The notes beneath the pieces were generated by a model. That model was not told the origin of the DNA. It saw only the letters and a program-made list of their open reading frames with translations, and made no database searches. The position numbers and the translations under genes were made by a program. Positions 17,247 to 25,926 of a stretch of 44,592 nt of DNA are shown piece by piece. Each line of letters starts with the position of its first letter. Positions within the stretch are counted from its first letter, which is position 1. Source of the DNA: Treponema sp. (GTDB taxonomy: Bacteria > Spirochaetota > Spirochaetia > Treponematales > Breznakiellaceae); assembly GCA_009780285.1 (NCBI GenBank), contig WRAL01000001.1, positions 1-44,592 on the forward strand, read 5' to 3'.

Positions 17247-18836
17247 TTACCTTCCTCCCTTGTCCAGGCCCCAATCCCGCAGCGCGCGACCGAGCGATTT
17301 TCCCCTGCGCCGTTCGGCCTGCGGCGCGCCGCCGTCGCCGGACTCGGCGAGCCGGCTTTCCCTTCTTTGCTGATAGAATCCCTTGCGCGCCCCGGCCCTT
17401 GGTATGGCGCGGTTCGCCAGCGCCCAGGCCCAGAAGCCGTCCGCGTGGCCGTTCTCGTCGCGCTCCGCGTCGTAGCGGAAGCCGCCGCCCGGCAGCGAAT
17501 GGCGCTTTATCGACTGTATCTGCCTGTGGAACTTTCGGTCGCTTTCCAGCAGAAACTCCCGCTGCTCAAGCCCTTCCTTTACGCCTCGCGCGAGCGCGTC
17601 CTTGCTTTGCAGGGTAAAGGCCACGCGCTCGACAAGCGCCGAGCCGAACTCCCGTTCGAGCGTCTCGGCCGTGTCCATCCCCACGCCGGTAGCGTCCACG
17701 CAGAGCCTTACCACCGGAAGCCCGCTGCGAATTATCATGCGAATCTGATCGCGCTGGTATTCGAAGGTTTCACCCCGCATCTCTATGCGCGCCAGTGATT
17801 TCTTTTTTCCCTCGGGGGTAAGCCCGATGGCGTATATCACGGCCATGTCCCGCGTCCGCGCCACGTCGTAGCCCAGGTAGATCGCGCCGTCCCTTTCCTT
17901 GTCGTAGGAGGCGGCCAGATCGGCCACGCTCCTATGCGCGACGATCTCGAGCCCCTCGTCCTCGCCCTCGCCCTCGGCAAGCTCGCCGGCCCTGTCCCCC
18001 TCGCGCAGCCCCGGCGTATTGGCGTGGATAAGGTCAAGTCCGATGTAGCTGCCGGCCGAGTCCAGGAAGGCGCATTCGAACTCCTGCCGAAACGATTCCA
18101 TGTCCATCGCCGCGAATTCCTCGCGCAGCACGTCCTTTCCCCAAAGCCTTACCCTGTCCTCCGTGTCCATTTCCCTTGCGCCCGCGGCCCGCGCGCCGTC
18201 TATGTCCCTGCACAGCGCCGAGGAATGCCACCAGGGAACGGTGAAGCGCGCATAGTTGGGGTAGGTCGCCTTGTCCGCGCAGATGTCGTAGAACAGGCCG
18301 AGCTTCCCAAGCGGCGTGCTTCCTATCGTTATCGAGCCGCCCCGCGTTATCGAGGGCAGGGCGGCGGTGTAGATCAGCCTTTGCCGCGCCGCCCCATAGA
18401 TGGCGAACTCGTCCAGAACCACGTCGCCGGGCTTTCCCCTGGGCGGGCGGCAGGCTATCGAAAGAAGGCGGCTCGTGGTCTTGCCGTTTTTGTCCAGGAA
18501 CTCGATGCCGGTCTTCGTCTCGTAGACGATTTTTTTCCGGCGCCTTTCCGGAATCTCGGCGGCCATGAGCGACACGTAGCGTATCTTGTCGATGGCGTCC
18601 ATAAGGTTGTACGAAACGAACTGCACGGTGCGGTTTACCGCGCCCTCGGACTGCAGCTCGATGAACTTTTTCGCCGCCACCGCGAAGCTGAACCCTTCCT
18701 GCCGGCCCTTTAGAAGTATGCTGAAGCGGCTGCGATCCTTGAGAAAAAGCTCCTGCCAGGGATCAAGCTCCACCGGAAGGCCGTTGTATTTTAGGAAGGC
18801 GTCCGCGTATCTGAGCGTTTCGTCGTGGGCGCTCAT
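17247..18836 (-). CDS. terL: Terminase large subunit
   Basis: Walker A-like KGRQEGFS, Walker B VVLDEFA, STP coupling motif, RNase H-like GYDVA / VDATG / HADGFWA. Confidence 0.93.
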   Translation of the reverse strand: MSAHDETLRYADAFLKYNGLPVELDPWQELFLKDRSRFSILLKGRQEGFSFAVAAKKFIELQSEGAVNRTVQFVSYNLMDAIDKIRYVSLMAAEIPERRRKKIVYETKTGIEFLDKNGKTTSRLLSIACRPPRGKPGDVVLDEFAIYGAARQRLIYTAALPSITRGGSITIGSTPLGKLGLFYDICADKATYPNYARFTVPWWHSSALCRDIDGARAAGAREMDTEDRVRLWGKDVLREEFAAMDMESFRQEFECAFLDSAGSYIGLDLIHANTPGLREGDRAGELAEGEGEDEGLEIVAHRSVADLAASYDKERDGAIYLGYDVARTRDMAVIYAIGLTPEGKKKSLARIEMRGETFEYQRDQIRMIIRSGLPVVRLCVDATGVGMDTAETLEREFGSALVERVAFTLQSKDALARGVKEGLEQREFLLESDRKFHRQIQSIKRHSLPGGGFRYDAERDENGHADGFWAWALANRAIPRAGARKGFYQQRRESRLAESGDGGAPQAERRRGKSLGRALRDWGLDKGGR

Positions 18837-19549
18837 AAGTCCGCCCCTTCCGGCATGTCCAGTATCTCGCTTTCAGCCTGGGCGGCGCGCGCCGCCCGCC
18901 TCGTTTCCCGTATCGTTATCCGTTCCATAATGATCTCCCGCGTTTCTTCCTCGTCTCCGTCTCCGGCGGCCTTGGAAAGCTCGCCGTTTATTTTTATTAT
19001 GTCGTTAAGCTCTTTTTCCCTGTTTGGCAGGACGTATGTGAGCTGCGACGCCTGCCCCTTGTAGTCCACGCCGTCGATGATCTGGCGCTGCTCGGCGGTC
19101 ATCTCGTCCAGCGGCTTGAGCGCCAGGACGGTTTTGGCGTAGCTTCCGTTCTTCCCGCTTACGGCGATTTCCTTTTCCTCGTAGAAGTCCGCCAGGTCGA
19201 AAAAGGCCCTGCGCCGCTTGGCCTCCAGCGCGAGCATCGCCGACTCGCGGATCGCCTCGCGCATGAGCGACTCGTTCGCCCTGATGATTTTTTGTATTTC
19301 CGGGCTTTGAAACAGCGCGTAGATCGTCGATCTCGCCGTGGCCTCCCTGTAGCCGGCCTCCATCGCCGAGCGCAGCGCGTTGTGGAAGCATGGGCCTCCG
19401 GGCGTAACGTAGTTGGCGATCAGGCGGCGCTGCATGTCCGTAAGCCTCGCGCCGCAAAAGTCTATCCCCGAAAGCCCTTTTTCCTCTTGCCTGATTCTTG
19501 CCTTCCCCGCCGCCTTCGCCGGGGCTTTCGTCCTTGCCTTAGCCGCCAT
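18833..19549 (-). CDS. terS: Terminase small subunit
   Basis: LTDMQRR...Y...NA..SAMEAGY HTH pattern directly upstream of terL; ATG at 19549. Confidence 0.8.
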   Translation of the reverse strand: MAAKARTKAPAKAAGKARIRQEEKGLSGIDFCGARLTDMQRRLIANYVTPGGPCFHNALRSAMEAGYREATARSTIYALFQSPEIQKIIRANESLMREAIRESAMLALEAKRRRAFFDLADFYEEKEIAVSGKNGSYAKTVLALKPLDEMTAEQRQIIDGVDYKGQASQLTYVLPNREKELNDIIKINGELSKAAGDGDEEETREIIMERITIRETRRAARAAQAESEILDMPEGADL

Positions 19550-20282
19550 GCCGCCTCGCTCGGCCCCAATCGGCCCCCACGATAAGCAGCCTTGACTTCC
19601 CGCCCTTAGCCTTCGCCAGCACGAATCTTTTCCCGCCGCTTGACTTTTTGACGGGATCGGGCGATACTGAGGGTAGGTCATGGGGCGCGGCGGCGTTGGC
19701 TGCTGCCACCGATTCTTTAGTGGTCGGATTTCCGGATTGCCTCCGGCGCCCCAAGTCCAATACAATCGCGCCGCTCATGTCCATCCCATTGCCCCCAGAG
19801 ACCATCCTTGTAAAACTGTCCGCGCTAGCCATGCTCTTGTGCTTGAACATCGTCTTGCTTCGCAAGGTTTTGTTTCTTTTCCCGGCCAGAGCCTCCTCGA
19901 AGTACAATGTCGTGCCGTCCGCGAGTTTCTTTGCGTAGGCTACAATGTCCCGCCCGCGAGACCTCGCTCCCACGATTGCGTAATCCGGCTTTTCGATTAT
20001 CTCCGGTATTCTCGCGAAGTCGTCGTCCCGTATCGCCACCTGGCCGCTGGCTGCCTCGGCCCTCTCGTTCCCGTGGCGGTTCATTACGTGGCTGACAAAC
20101 TCGCCGGTGATCTCGTGCTCGAAGCCGTCGATGTCCAGCCCCGCTTCCCGCGCCGCCTCCACGAGCCATTTCTCGGCCTTGCCGAGCGAGAGCCTTTCCA
20201 TCGCTCCCTTCCTTCCCGCGCCCCCCCGCGAAAACCGCCCGCTCGCGTCCCTGGGATGCTCGCCCTCATTCCACGCCGGCAT
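19539..20282 (-). CDS. PBECR3-like (phage Barnase-EndoU-ColicinE5/D-RelE) nuclease-domain protein
   Basis: N-terminal WNEGEHPRDASGRF motif; HVMNRHG..E...GQ..I...DF.RIPEII..PD. Confidence 0.72.
   Translation of the reverse strand: MPAWNEGEHPRDASGRFSRGGAGRKGAMERLSLGKAEKWLVEAAREAGLDIDGFEHEITGEFVSHVMNRHGNERAEAASGQVAIRDDDFARIPEIIEKPDYAIVGARSRGRDIVAYAKKLADGTTLYFEEALAGKRNKTLRSKTMFKHKSMASADSFTRMVSGGNGMDMSGAIVLDLGRRRQSGNPTTKESVAAANAAAPHDLPSVSPDPVKKSSGGKRFVLAKAKGGKSRLLIVGADWGRARRHGG
19640..19668 (+). promoter_or_regulatory. Antisense sigma70-type promoter inside the PBECR3 gene
   Basis: TTGACT-17 nt-GATACT. Confidence 0.5.
19681..19753 (+). ncRNA. Candidate cloverleaf-like antisense RNA
   Basis: Closing stem TGGGGCG/CGCCCCA enclosing three hairpins; 73 nt. 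Confidence 0.45.
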
Positions 20283-20463
20283 TCTCGGCCTCCCTCGCCG
20301 GGCGCTCCGGACACTCGTGCCTGCGGTATCCCGCCACCGCGCGTCCCCGCGCCGTTATCACCTCCGTCAGGGCCGCGTCGGTCGTCGCTATCCCGTCCGG
20401 CGATACCGCCGGGGCGCAGGGGATATAGCGCACCTCCGCGCCGCACTTTTCGCAGCGGGTCAT
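20266..20463 (-). CDS. Small zinc-ribbon protein
   Basis: CEKCG...HECP. Confidence 0.55.
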   Translation of the reverse strand: MTRCEKCGAEVRYIPCAPAVSPDGIATTDAALTEVITARGRAVAGYRRHECPERPAREAENAGVE

Positions 20464-20687
20464 CGCGGCGCCCCCTTCGCCGGCCTTACGACCGCGACGG
20501 CTTTCCCGCTCCTCGCCTCCCTGCGCCTGCGCGCCCTTTCCCGCGCCGAGCTTTTGGAAAGCCTTTCGGTAACCTTGCTTTCCTCCGCGACGCCGGCCTG
20601 GAAGTAAAGCGAGAGTTCCCCGTGGAAGCCGCGCTCGGCCAGCTCGTCCAGAAGATCGTGAAATTCCTCGTTCGCCCGCGCTTCCAT
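20460..20687 (-). CDS. Small hypothetical protein
   Basis: GGGAGGGG RBS; GFHGELSLYFQAG motif. Confidence 0.55.
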   Translation of the reverse strand: MEARANEEFHDLLDELAERGFHGELSLYFQAGVAEESKVTERLSKSSARERARRRREARSGKAVAVVRPAKGAPR

Positions 20688-20706
20688 GTCCCCTCCCTTC
20701 GGAAGC

Positions 20707-21357
20707 CTAGGCCGTCAGCCCAAGACGCGCGGACTGCGCCACGTCGTCAAGCAGGCGCGCGGTGTCCCCGATGGACTTCCTGCATCCGCCGAAGCCAAGC
20801 GAGCCCTCGGCGATCTCGGAGAGCTTCCACGCCTCGACCGATTCGAAGGCCGCCAGCTTCAGCGTGTCCTGCCTGTCCATGTCCGACTTCTTTTTGTCCG
20901 GGTCGCCGTACAGCCGCAGGTATTCCTCTTTGGTAAGCATGGCGTACTCGACGGGGGCCTTCACTCCCTGCCTTTGCCATTGCCGCGTTACCATGTTTCG
21001 GTTTTCCTTGGACTTGCCGCGAATGTCCCGCGTGTCGTACTTGCCCGTCCTGCGAATTGAGGGAAGGACTTCGGAGAACACCCATGTCTTGAACGCTTCC
21101 GCCTCGGGCTTTCGGGACTTGAAGACGAGGCGGTACAGCCCCGGCTCGTTTACCACGCTGGCTTCTTGATTGCCGCCGGGGGTATATATAGTAGATATAC
21201 CCTTTTCGCCGTTCGGAAAATCGGCCAGCGCCTGGGACGCGTTCTGGATGTCCAGAATGTCGCAGACGTCCCGCGCGACGAACCATTCCGCGCCGTCGAT
21301 CACGACGACCCTTACCTCGCGCCCGTTGAACGACCTCGCGAGTTCCGTTGTTTTCAT
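20707..21357 (-). CDS. BRO-N domain antirepressor-like protein
   Basis: FNGREVRVV...WFVARDVC...VNEPGLYRLVFKSRKPEAEAFKTWV..EVLPSIRRTGKY. Confidence 0.92.
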   Translation of the reverse strand: MKTTELARSFNGREVRVVVIDGAEWFVARDVCDILDIQNASQALADFPNGEKGISTIYTPGGNQEASVVNEPGLYRLVFKSRKPEAEAFKTWVFSEVLPSIRRTGKYDTRDIRGKSKENRNMVTRQWQRQGVKAPVEYAMLTKEEYLRLYGDPDKKKSDMDRQDTLKLAAFESVEAWKLSEIAEGSLGFGGCRKSIGDTARLLDDVAQSARLGLTA

Positions 21358-21583
21358 GATATGCCTCCCCGAAAATTAACGGGAGGCCGGAAAGACGAAA
21401 AGCCCGCGGACGAAAACGCAACGCGGAGGGACGCGCCTTCGCGTTCCCCGCGCTGCAAATTTTTCGACCGTGGGCTTTGCAAGCTCCCACCCCTGAGCGG
21501 GCCGCCATAGGGCGGCCTCGCCGGCGCGATTATATCAACTGTTCCACCGCGCGGCCTCGCTTTCGCGGGCCCCTTCGATTGCT

Positions 21584-21612
21584 AGTATACGCCGCCTGAG
21601 AGCGTTTGTCAA
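21584..21612 (-). promoter_or_regulatory. Sigma70-type promoter for the BRO gene, with long structured leader
   Basis: TTGACA-17 nt-TATACT. Confidence 0.75.
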
Positions 21613-21637
21613 CGCTTTTTCCAATGGCCCTCTCCGC

Positions 21638-22336
21638 TCATCCGGCCTCCCCGAAGTCGAGCCGCCCCTGCGCCTGCGCGGCCTCGATCCTCTTGCAGGC
21701 TATGTCGAAGTATCTCTCATCGATCTCCACGCCTACGAACTTCCGCCCAAGCTCGGCGCAAGCGACGCCGGTGGTTCCGCTTCCCATGAACGGGTCGAGA
21801 ATCGTTTGCCCGCCGATCAGCGAGATCGCACGCTTCATAAGCGCGGCCGGCTTTTCCGCCTGATGCCCGTGCTTTCTGTTCGAAGGATACCACTCGTGCC
21901 TCCAGACGTCCGGCTCGTCGGTCTTCAGGCGGCGCCATTCTTCCCTGACCAAAACGACGAAATTCTCGTATGTCTTTCTAAGGGCGTAGCCCATCCCGAG
22001 GCCGCCCCTGTCCCACACGCCAACGCCGGCCATGCGGAACTTGCTTTTGACGGCGGCCTGCTCAATCGCATGGCAGCCCCTCCAGTCGATGGTCGCCCAT
22101 ATCGCGGCGGCGGCGGTCGTGGCCTCCTCCAGAAGCGAAAGCATCTCGCAGAACCAAGCTCGATAGAATTGAACGTCGAAGGCGTCCTCCACGGACATTC
22201 CCGCGATGGACGCCCCGCCGCCGTTAATCGAATACGGAGGGTCGGTTATCACCGCGTCCACCTTGCCCAGCGTCGGCAGTATTTCCATGCAGTCGCCCAG
22301 GTACAGCTCGCATCCGCCTATGATCTCCCGCCTCAC
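21638..22336 (-). CDS. DNA N6-adenine/N4-cytosine methyltransferase (beta class)
   Basis: TDPPY before HQAEKP and LDPFMGSGTT. Confidence 0.92.
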   Translation of the reverse strand: MRREIIGGCELYLGDCMEILPTLGKVDAVITDPPYSINGGGASIAGMSVEDAFDVQFYRAWFCEMLSLLEEATTAAAAIWATIDWRGCHAIEQAAVKSKFRMAGVGVWDRGGLGMGYALRKTYENFVVLVREEWRRLKTDEPDVWRHEWYPSNRKHGHQAEKPAALMKRAISLIGGQTILDPFMGSGTTGVACAELGRKFVGVEIDERYFDIACKRIEAAQAQGRLDFGEAG

Positions 22337-22683
22337 GAGCCGGCCCCCCGCGCCATCTTTTTTCTAAGCATGTCCGTCACCTGCCTTAGCCTGAGCATTC
22401 CGGCCTCGCGCTCCTCGTCCGTGATAGGAGGCTCCGTCTCCTGCGGAAGAGCCGGCCTTTCCGGCATCGCGGCGAGAATCTCGTCCATGTGCCTCTCGAA
22501 CTCGGCGTGGCCCGGCGCCTTGCCGTAGGCGCGGGATACCCGCTTGACGATGACGAGCGCCGCCGCCCTGAGAAAGTCCTCGCCGCGACCGTCCAGGTAG
22601 TCGAGCATCGTGTCGAGGAACACGCCTGAATACCTCTCGCCGTAGTACCGCTCCAAAAAATCCAAAAGCGTTCTCGCGTTCAT
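22333..22683 (-). CDS. Hypothetical protein downstream of the replication initiator
   Basis: ATGA-coupled; helicase loader or inhibitor position (inference only). Confidence 0.55.
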   Translation of the reverse strand: MNARTLLDFLERYYGERYSGVFLDTMLDYLDGRGEDFLRAAALVIVKRVSRAYGKAPGHAEFERHMDEILAAMPERPALPQETEPPITDEEREAGMLRLRQVTDMLRKKMARGAGS

Positions 22684-23936
22684 CCGAACAGCCCCCTTAG
22701 CGCCTGCCTAAGCTCCGGCGACTCCTCCCTCGGCATCGTTTCCATCACAATCTCCCAAATCCACCCCGTCATGAGCGAGTTGGGGGTGAACGACCATCTG
22801 CCCTTGTACCTGCCCTCGCACATGGCCCTGAAGTGCTCCAGGACGCCGCGCATGAACTGGGCCGAAAGCCCCGGCGCGATGTTCGAGCAGCGCGTGACGA
22901 GCAGCTTGATGTTGGCCATGTAGCGCGCCGTGCTTTGCCGGTCCTGGTACATAAGGGCCTTCGTCCTTTCGCTGGACTCGAAGCAGGCGACTCCGGCGTG
23001 AAAAAGATCGAGCCGCTCGCCCGAAAGCTCGCTCCCCTTCGCCCTCGCCGGAGGGGAGCGGGGCCGGGCGGGAACGAGGGATGTCTCGGGCGCGAAGCCG
23101 GGCGGGAGGGCCGCGCCGTCCGAAATTTCCGCCGGCCCCGATTCGATCTGCGGCGCGGATTCCGAGGGCGCGGGATCGGCGGCTTTTTCTGGCCTTTCCG
23201 TTTCGGCGATTTCGCGCGAGGAAGGGCAAGGCGGCGACGATTCGGCCTTTGGAGTATCAACGGACGTTTTCGCCTCTTTGGACGCGATGAAGCCGCATTC
23301 TCGCGCATTCTGGGGCGTTTCCTCGACGGCCTCGGGATTCAAGTTTTCTCCGAAACCTGCCGAGGATTCGATGAGGGGCGAAATATCGCCTTTTTCGGGA
23401 TTTTGAGAATCGGCGGCGGGCGGCGTTTCGCTGGAAACGCCGAAATATCCTTTTTCCTGTGATCCTAATATCCGTAGATCCTGTAATCCTTCCGGCTCGG
23501 TATGCGTCTCGGGCTCGTTCCCGGGATGGGTCTCGGGATGGGTCTCGGGCGCGTTGTCGGGCGCGCCCGGGAATGACCTTGGCCGCGCCTGGGGAGGCTC
23601 CGGGTATTTGGCCGGCGCGTTTTTCTCGTTCTTGCTCGGATACTGGTATTTGGCGAAGGCCGGGATATGCCCGTAATCCTTGCCTTCCGCCCGGTACCTG
23701 ACGAAGAAGCCGCCCGATTCGAGAATGTCCAGCGTTTTCTGCATGTCGAAGTCGATGTAGGGCAGAACCTCGTTTTTCACCGCCCGCGCCTTGCACAGAA
23801 AAGCCCCGTTCTTGTCGCACTGAGTCCAAAGCCCCGCGTAGACCAGCATGACGTGCTGGCCCGGGTTCGCCGTCTCCAAGTCCTGAAGCTCCTCGTGCTT
23901 GAAAAATTCCGGCTTTATGCTGCGTATCCTCGACAT
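22680..23936 (-). CDS. Phage replication initiator-like protein
   Basis: N-terminal RIRSIKPEFF...GLWTQCD..G; internal repeat-rich linker. Confidence 0.75.
   Translation of the reverse strand: MSRIRSIKPEFFKHEELQDLETANPGQHVMLVYAGLWTQCDKNGAFLCKARAVKNEVLPYIDFDMQKTLDILESGGFFVRYRAEGKDYGHIPAFAKYQYPSKNEKNAPAKYPEPPQARPRSFPGAPDNAPETHPETHPGNEPETHTEPEGLQDLRILGSQEKGYFGVSSETPPAADSQNPEKGDISPLIESSAGFGENLNPEAVEETPQNARECGFIASKEAKTSVDTPKAESSPPCPSSREIAETERPEKAADPAPSESAPQIESGPAEISDGAALPPGFAPETSLVPARPRSPPARAKGSELSGERLDLFHAGVACFESSERTKALMYQDRQSTARYMANIKLLVTRCSNIAPGLSAQFMRGVLEHFRAMCEGRYKGRWSFTPNSLMTGWIWEIVMETMPREESPELRQALRGLFG
23455..23550. repeat. Putative replication origin repeats inside the initiator gene
   Basis: Five 8-bp-period TCC units at 23455-23493 plus GGGATGGGTCTC x2. 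Confidence 0.5.
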
Positions 23937-23952
23937 GGCGTCCTCCTTTTCC

Positions 23953-24147
23953 TCATTCCCCTAATCCCCAAAATACTTCGTACAGACTGCTTTCCATCGC
24001 GCCGGCCACGCGGTCGCAAAGGCCGTTCGCGCAAAAGTCGCAATCGTCGCATACGGCCTCAGCCGGATCGTCGCTCGTCGCGCTTAGGCGCCTGAAATGC
24101 CCGCAGCCGGAGCAGTCGGCCAGCTCGAAAATATCAGCCCTCGTCAT
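23953..24147 (-). CDS. Small Cys-rich protein
   Basis: MTRADIFELADCSGC...CDDCDFC...C. Confidence 0.45.
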   Translation of the reverse strand: MTRADIFELADCSGCGHFRRLSATSDDPAEAVCDDCDFCANGLCDRVAGAMESSLYEVFWGLGE

Positions 24148-24157
24148 CCTTCCCTCC

Positions 24158-24766
24158 TTACTCGATCCACCGCAGCGCGGTCTCCGCCTCGTGCGGCGGC
24201 CTGAACATCGCCACGCAGTAGTCAACCATGCTGGCCTTCCCGTCCTCGATCCCGTCCTTGAGGCACTTCGCCCGCTTCGAGAAGACGTAGACGAAGGCCG
24301 GCCTCGCCCGCGAGAAAATCCTGCGGCGGCGCTCCGAGCTTAGAAAGCCCAGCCGCGCGACGAAAACGACGTCCGTCCCGTGCGAGAGCGCCCTCAGCAG
24401 GAAGTCCTCCAGCGCATTGAACGGCGGGTTGGTGAGGATGGTCCGGCAGCCCGGCGGAAGCGGCGCCGCGAGAAAGTCCGTTGGCCCGGAAACCTCGACC
24501 TCCCCGTCGCTGTAGGGGAAGGCGTCCGACGACAGCACCTCGTGGCCGCGACGCGCCAGAACCTTGGATATGTCGCCGAGGCCCGCCGCAGGCTCCCATA
24601 TCGGGCCGCGCAGCGCCAGGCCGTCCCTCTCCAGCGCGTCGAGAAAGCGCCCGACGTCCTCCTGCCGCGTCGTGTAGAGATCGCGCCCGGCGAGCGGGGC
24701 GGCGCGCGCGGCCTGCCTTCCCCGCCCGGCCGCCCCGTCCGTGAGGCCGAACATGTCCCGGGTCAT
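24158..24766 (-). CDS. SAM-dependent (amino) DNA methyltransferase-like protein
   Basis: DLYTT, IWEPAAGLG, ILTNPPF; ATG 24766 coupled to upstream stop. Confidence 0.8.
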   Translation of the reverse strand: MTRDMFGLTDGAAGRGRQAARAAPLAGRDLYTTRQEDVGRFLDALERDGLALRGPIWEPAAGLGDISKVLARRGHEVLSSDAFPYSDGEVEVSGPTDFLAAPLPPGCRTILTNPPFNALEDFLLRALSHGTDVVFVARLGFLSSERRRRIFSRARPAFVYVFSKRAKCLKDGIEDGKASMVDYCVAMFRPPHEAETALRWIE

Positions 24767-25926
24767 CGCCCCTCCTCCCTCGCGACCGCCCGCGCGACGT
24801 TTCGCATGACGAAGGCCGCGCAGGGAATCGCCAGGCCGTTTCCTATCGCCCTGTAGCGCGCCGAGTCGGATATTTTCCGCCCGTCCGCGCCGCTCTCCGT
24901 CCAGCCGTCCGGCAGCCCCTGGAGGCGCTCGCACTCAAGCGGCGTAAGCCGTCGGACGAAGAGGCCGGCCGCGATCAAATCGGTGGCGCTCTTGAAGTCC
25001 CGGCTCTTGACGACGGAGGCGCTTTCGGATTCCCTGTAGTCGCCGAGGCCCTGCATGGCGAACACCAGCGTCTCGCTGCCGCCGCCGAGGTCGCCGCCGT
25101 TGGCCTTGAGCGTCCCAACGCCCTCGGCGCGCCGGCCGAAGCCCGACGGCGTGAAGGCGACCGCCGCGTCGCATTTGCCGGCCTTCAGCGCCCCCATTAG
25201 CTCGACGGCGCAGTTTTTTTCCGCGTCGATTCCCATGACAAGGCACGGCACCTGGTTCGTCCCGCTGGCCGCGCCCTTCAGCGTGGGCGCCGTCTCTAGC
25301 CCGTAGCCGATCCCTCCGGCCCCGGCTCCCTGGCCGGCGGAAAACCCGGCGCAGACCACGGGCAGATGCCCCTTGGCCTCGGCGCGGAGCGTGGGGGACA
25401 CCTCGAAGCTCGCGTCGTCGCTCCGGCTCCCGCCCTGCTCGCTCAGAGCGATCGTTCCGAGGCGGCGGCGCTCGGGCCGCCCGGCCTCCGCGCGAAGGGC
25501 CATCCCTTCCGCCGTCCCGCCGCCGTCAAGGAACGCGATCTGCGCCTCCAGCGCGCGCCGCAGGTCAAGGGGCAAGCGCTTCCCCCTCCGTTCCGCCCTG
25601 CGCAGGATCCCAAGGCAGGCGGCCCTCGTCAAAAAGTATCTCGCAAGCGCGCCGGCCTGCAAAATCAGCGACAAGAAAGATTCGGCGGCGACGCTGGGGC
25701 ACTCCCCAGTATTTGGCGTCCAGGACGCGCCAGGCCAGCGAGAAGCCGTTTCCCACGACGGCCCCAGCAGATCCCCACCGTCCAGATCGAGGAACTGAAA
25801 CTCCCGGCCGGGCGATCCCCGCGATCCCCTCGACGACCGCGCGGAAGTCCTCGCCGCCGTTGGAGCTGAACGCTCCCGGCACGTTTTCCCAGACGCAAAA
25901 TCGAGGCCTAACACCATTTGTCGCAT
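24763..25926 (-). CDS. C5 cytosine methyltransferase, second-frame polypeptide (beta-like region, TRD, motifs IX-X)
   Basis: RRLTPLECERLQG..DGWT and RYRAIGNG; N-terminal part overlaps the catalytic ORF in another frame. Confidence 0.75.
   Translation of the reverse strand: MRQMVLGLDFASGKTCRERSAPTAARTSARSSRGSRGSPGREFQFLDLDGGDLLGPSWETASRWPGASWTPNTGECPSVAAESFLSLILQAGALARYFLTRAACLGILRRAERRGKRLPLDLRRALEAQIAFLDGGGTAEGMALRAEAGRPERRRLGTIALSEQGGSRSDDASFEVSPTLRAEAKGHLPVVCAGFSAGQGAGAGGIGYGLETAPTLKGAASGTNQVPCLVMGIDAEKNCAVELMGALKAGKCDAAVAFTPSGFGRRAEGVGTLKANGGDLGGGSETLVFAMQGLGDYRESESASVVKSRDFKSATDLIAAGLFVRRLTPLECERLQGLPDGWTESGADGRKISDSARYRAIGNGLAIPCAAFVMRNVARAVAREEGR

Noticed and set aside
17247-18836. 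Intein or intron in the terminase
   Set aside because: Normal length, continuous motifs, no splice-junction signature noticed
19681-19753. Canonical tRNA
   Set aside because: Cloverleaf-like, but lacks the TTCRA T-loop, GG D-loop and 7-nt anticodon loop; kept only as a candidate ncRNA
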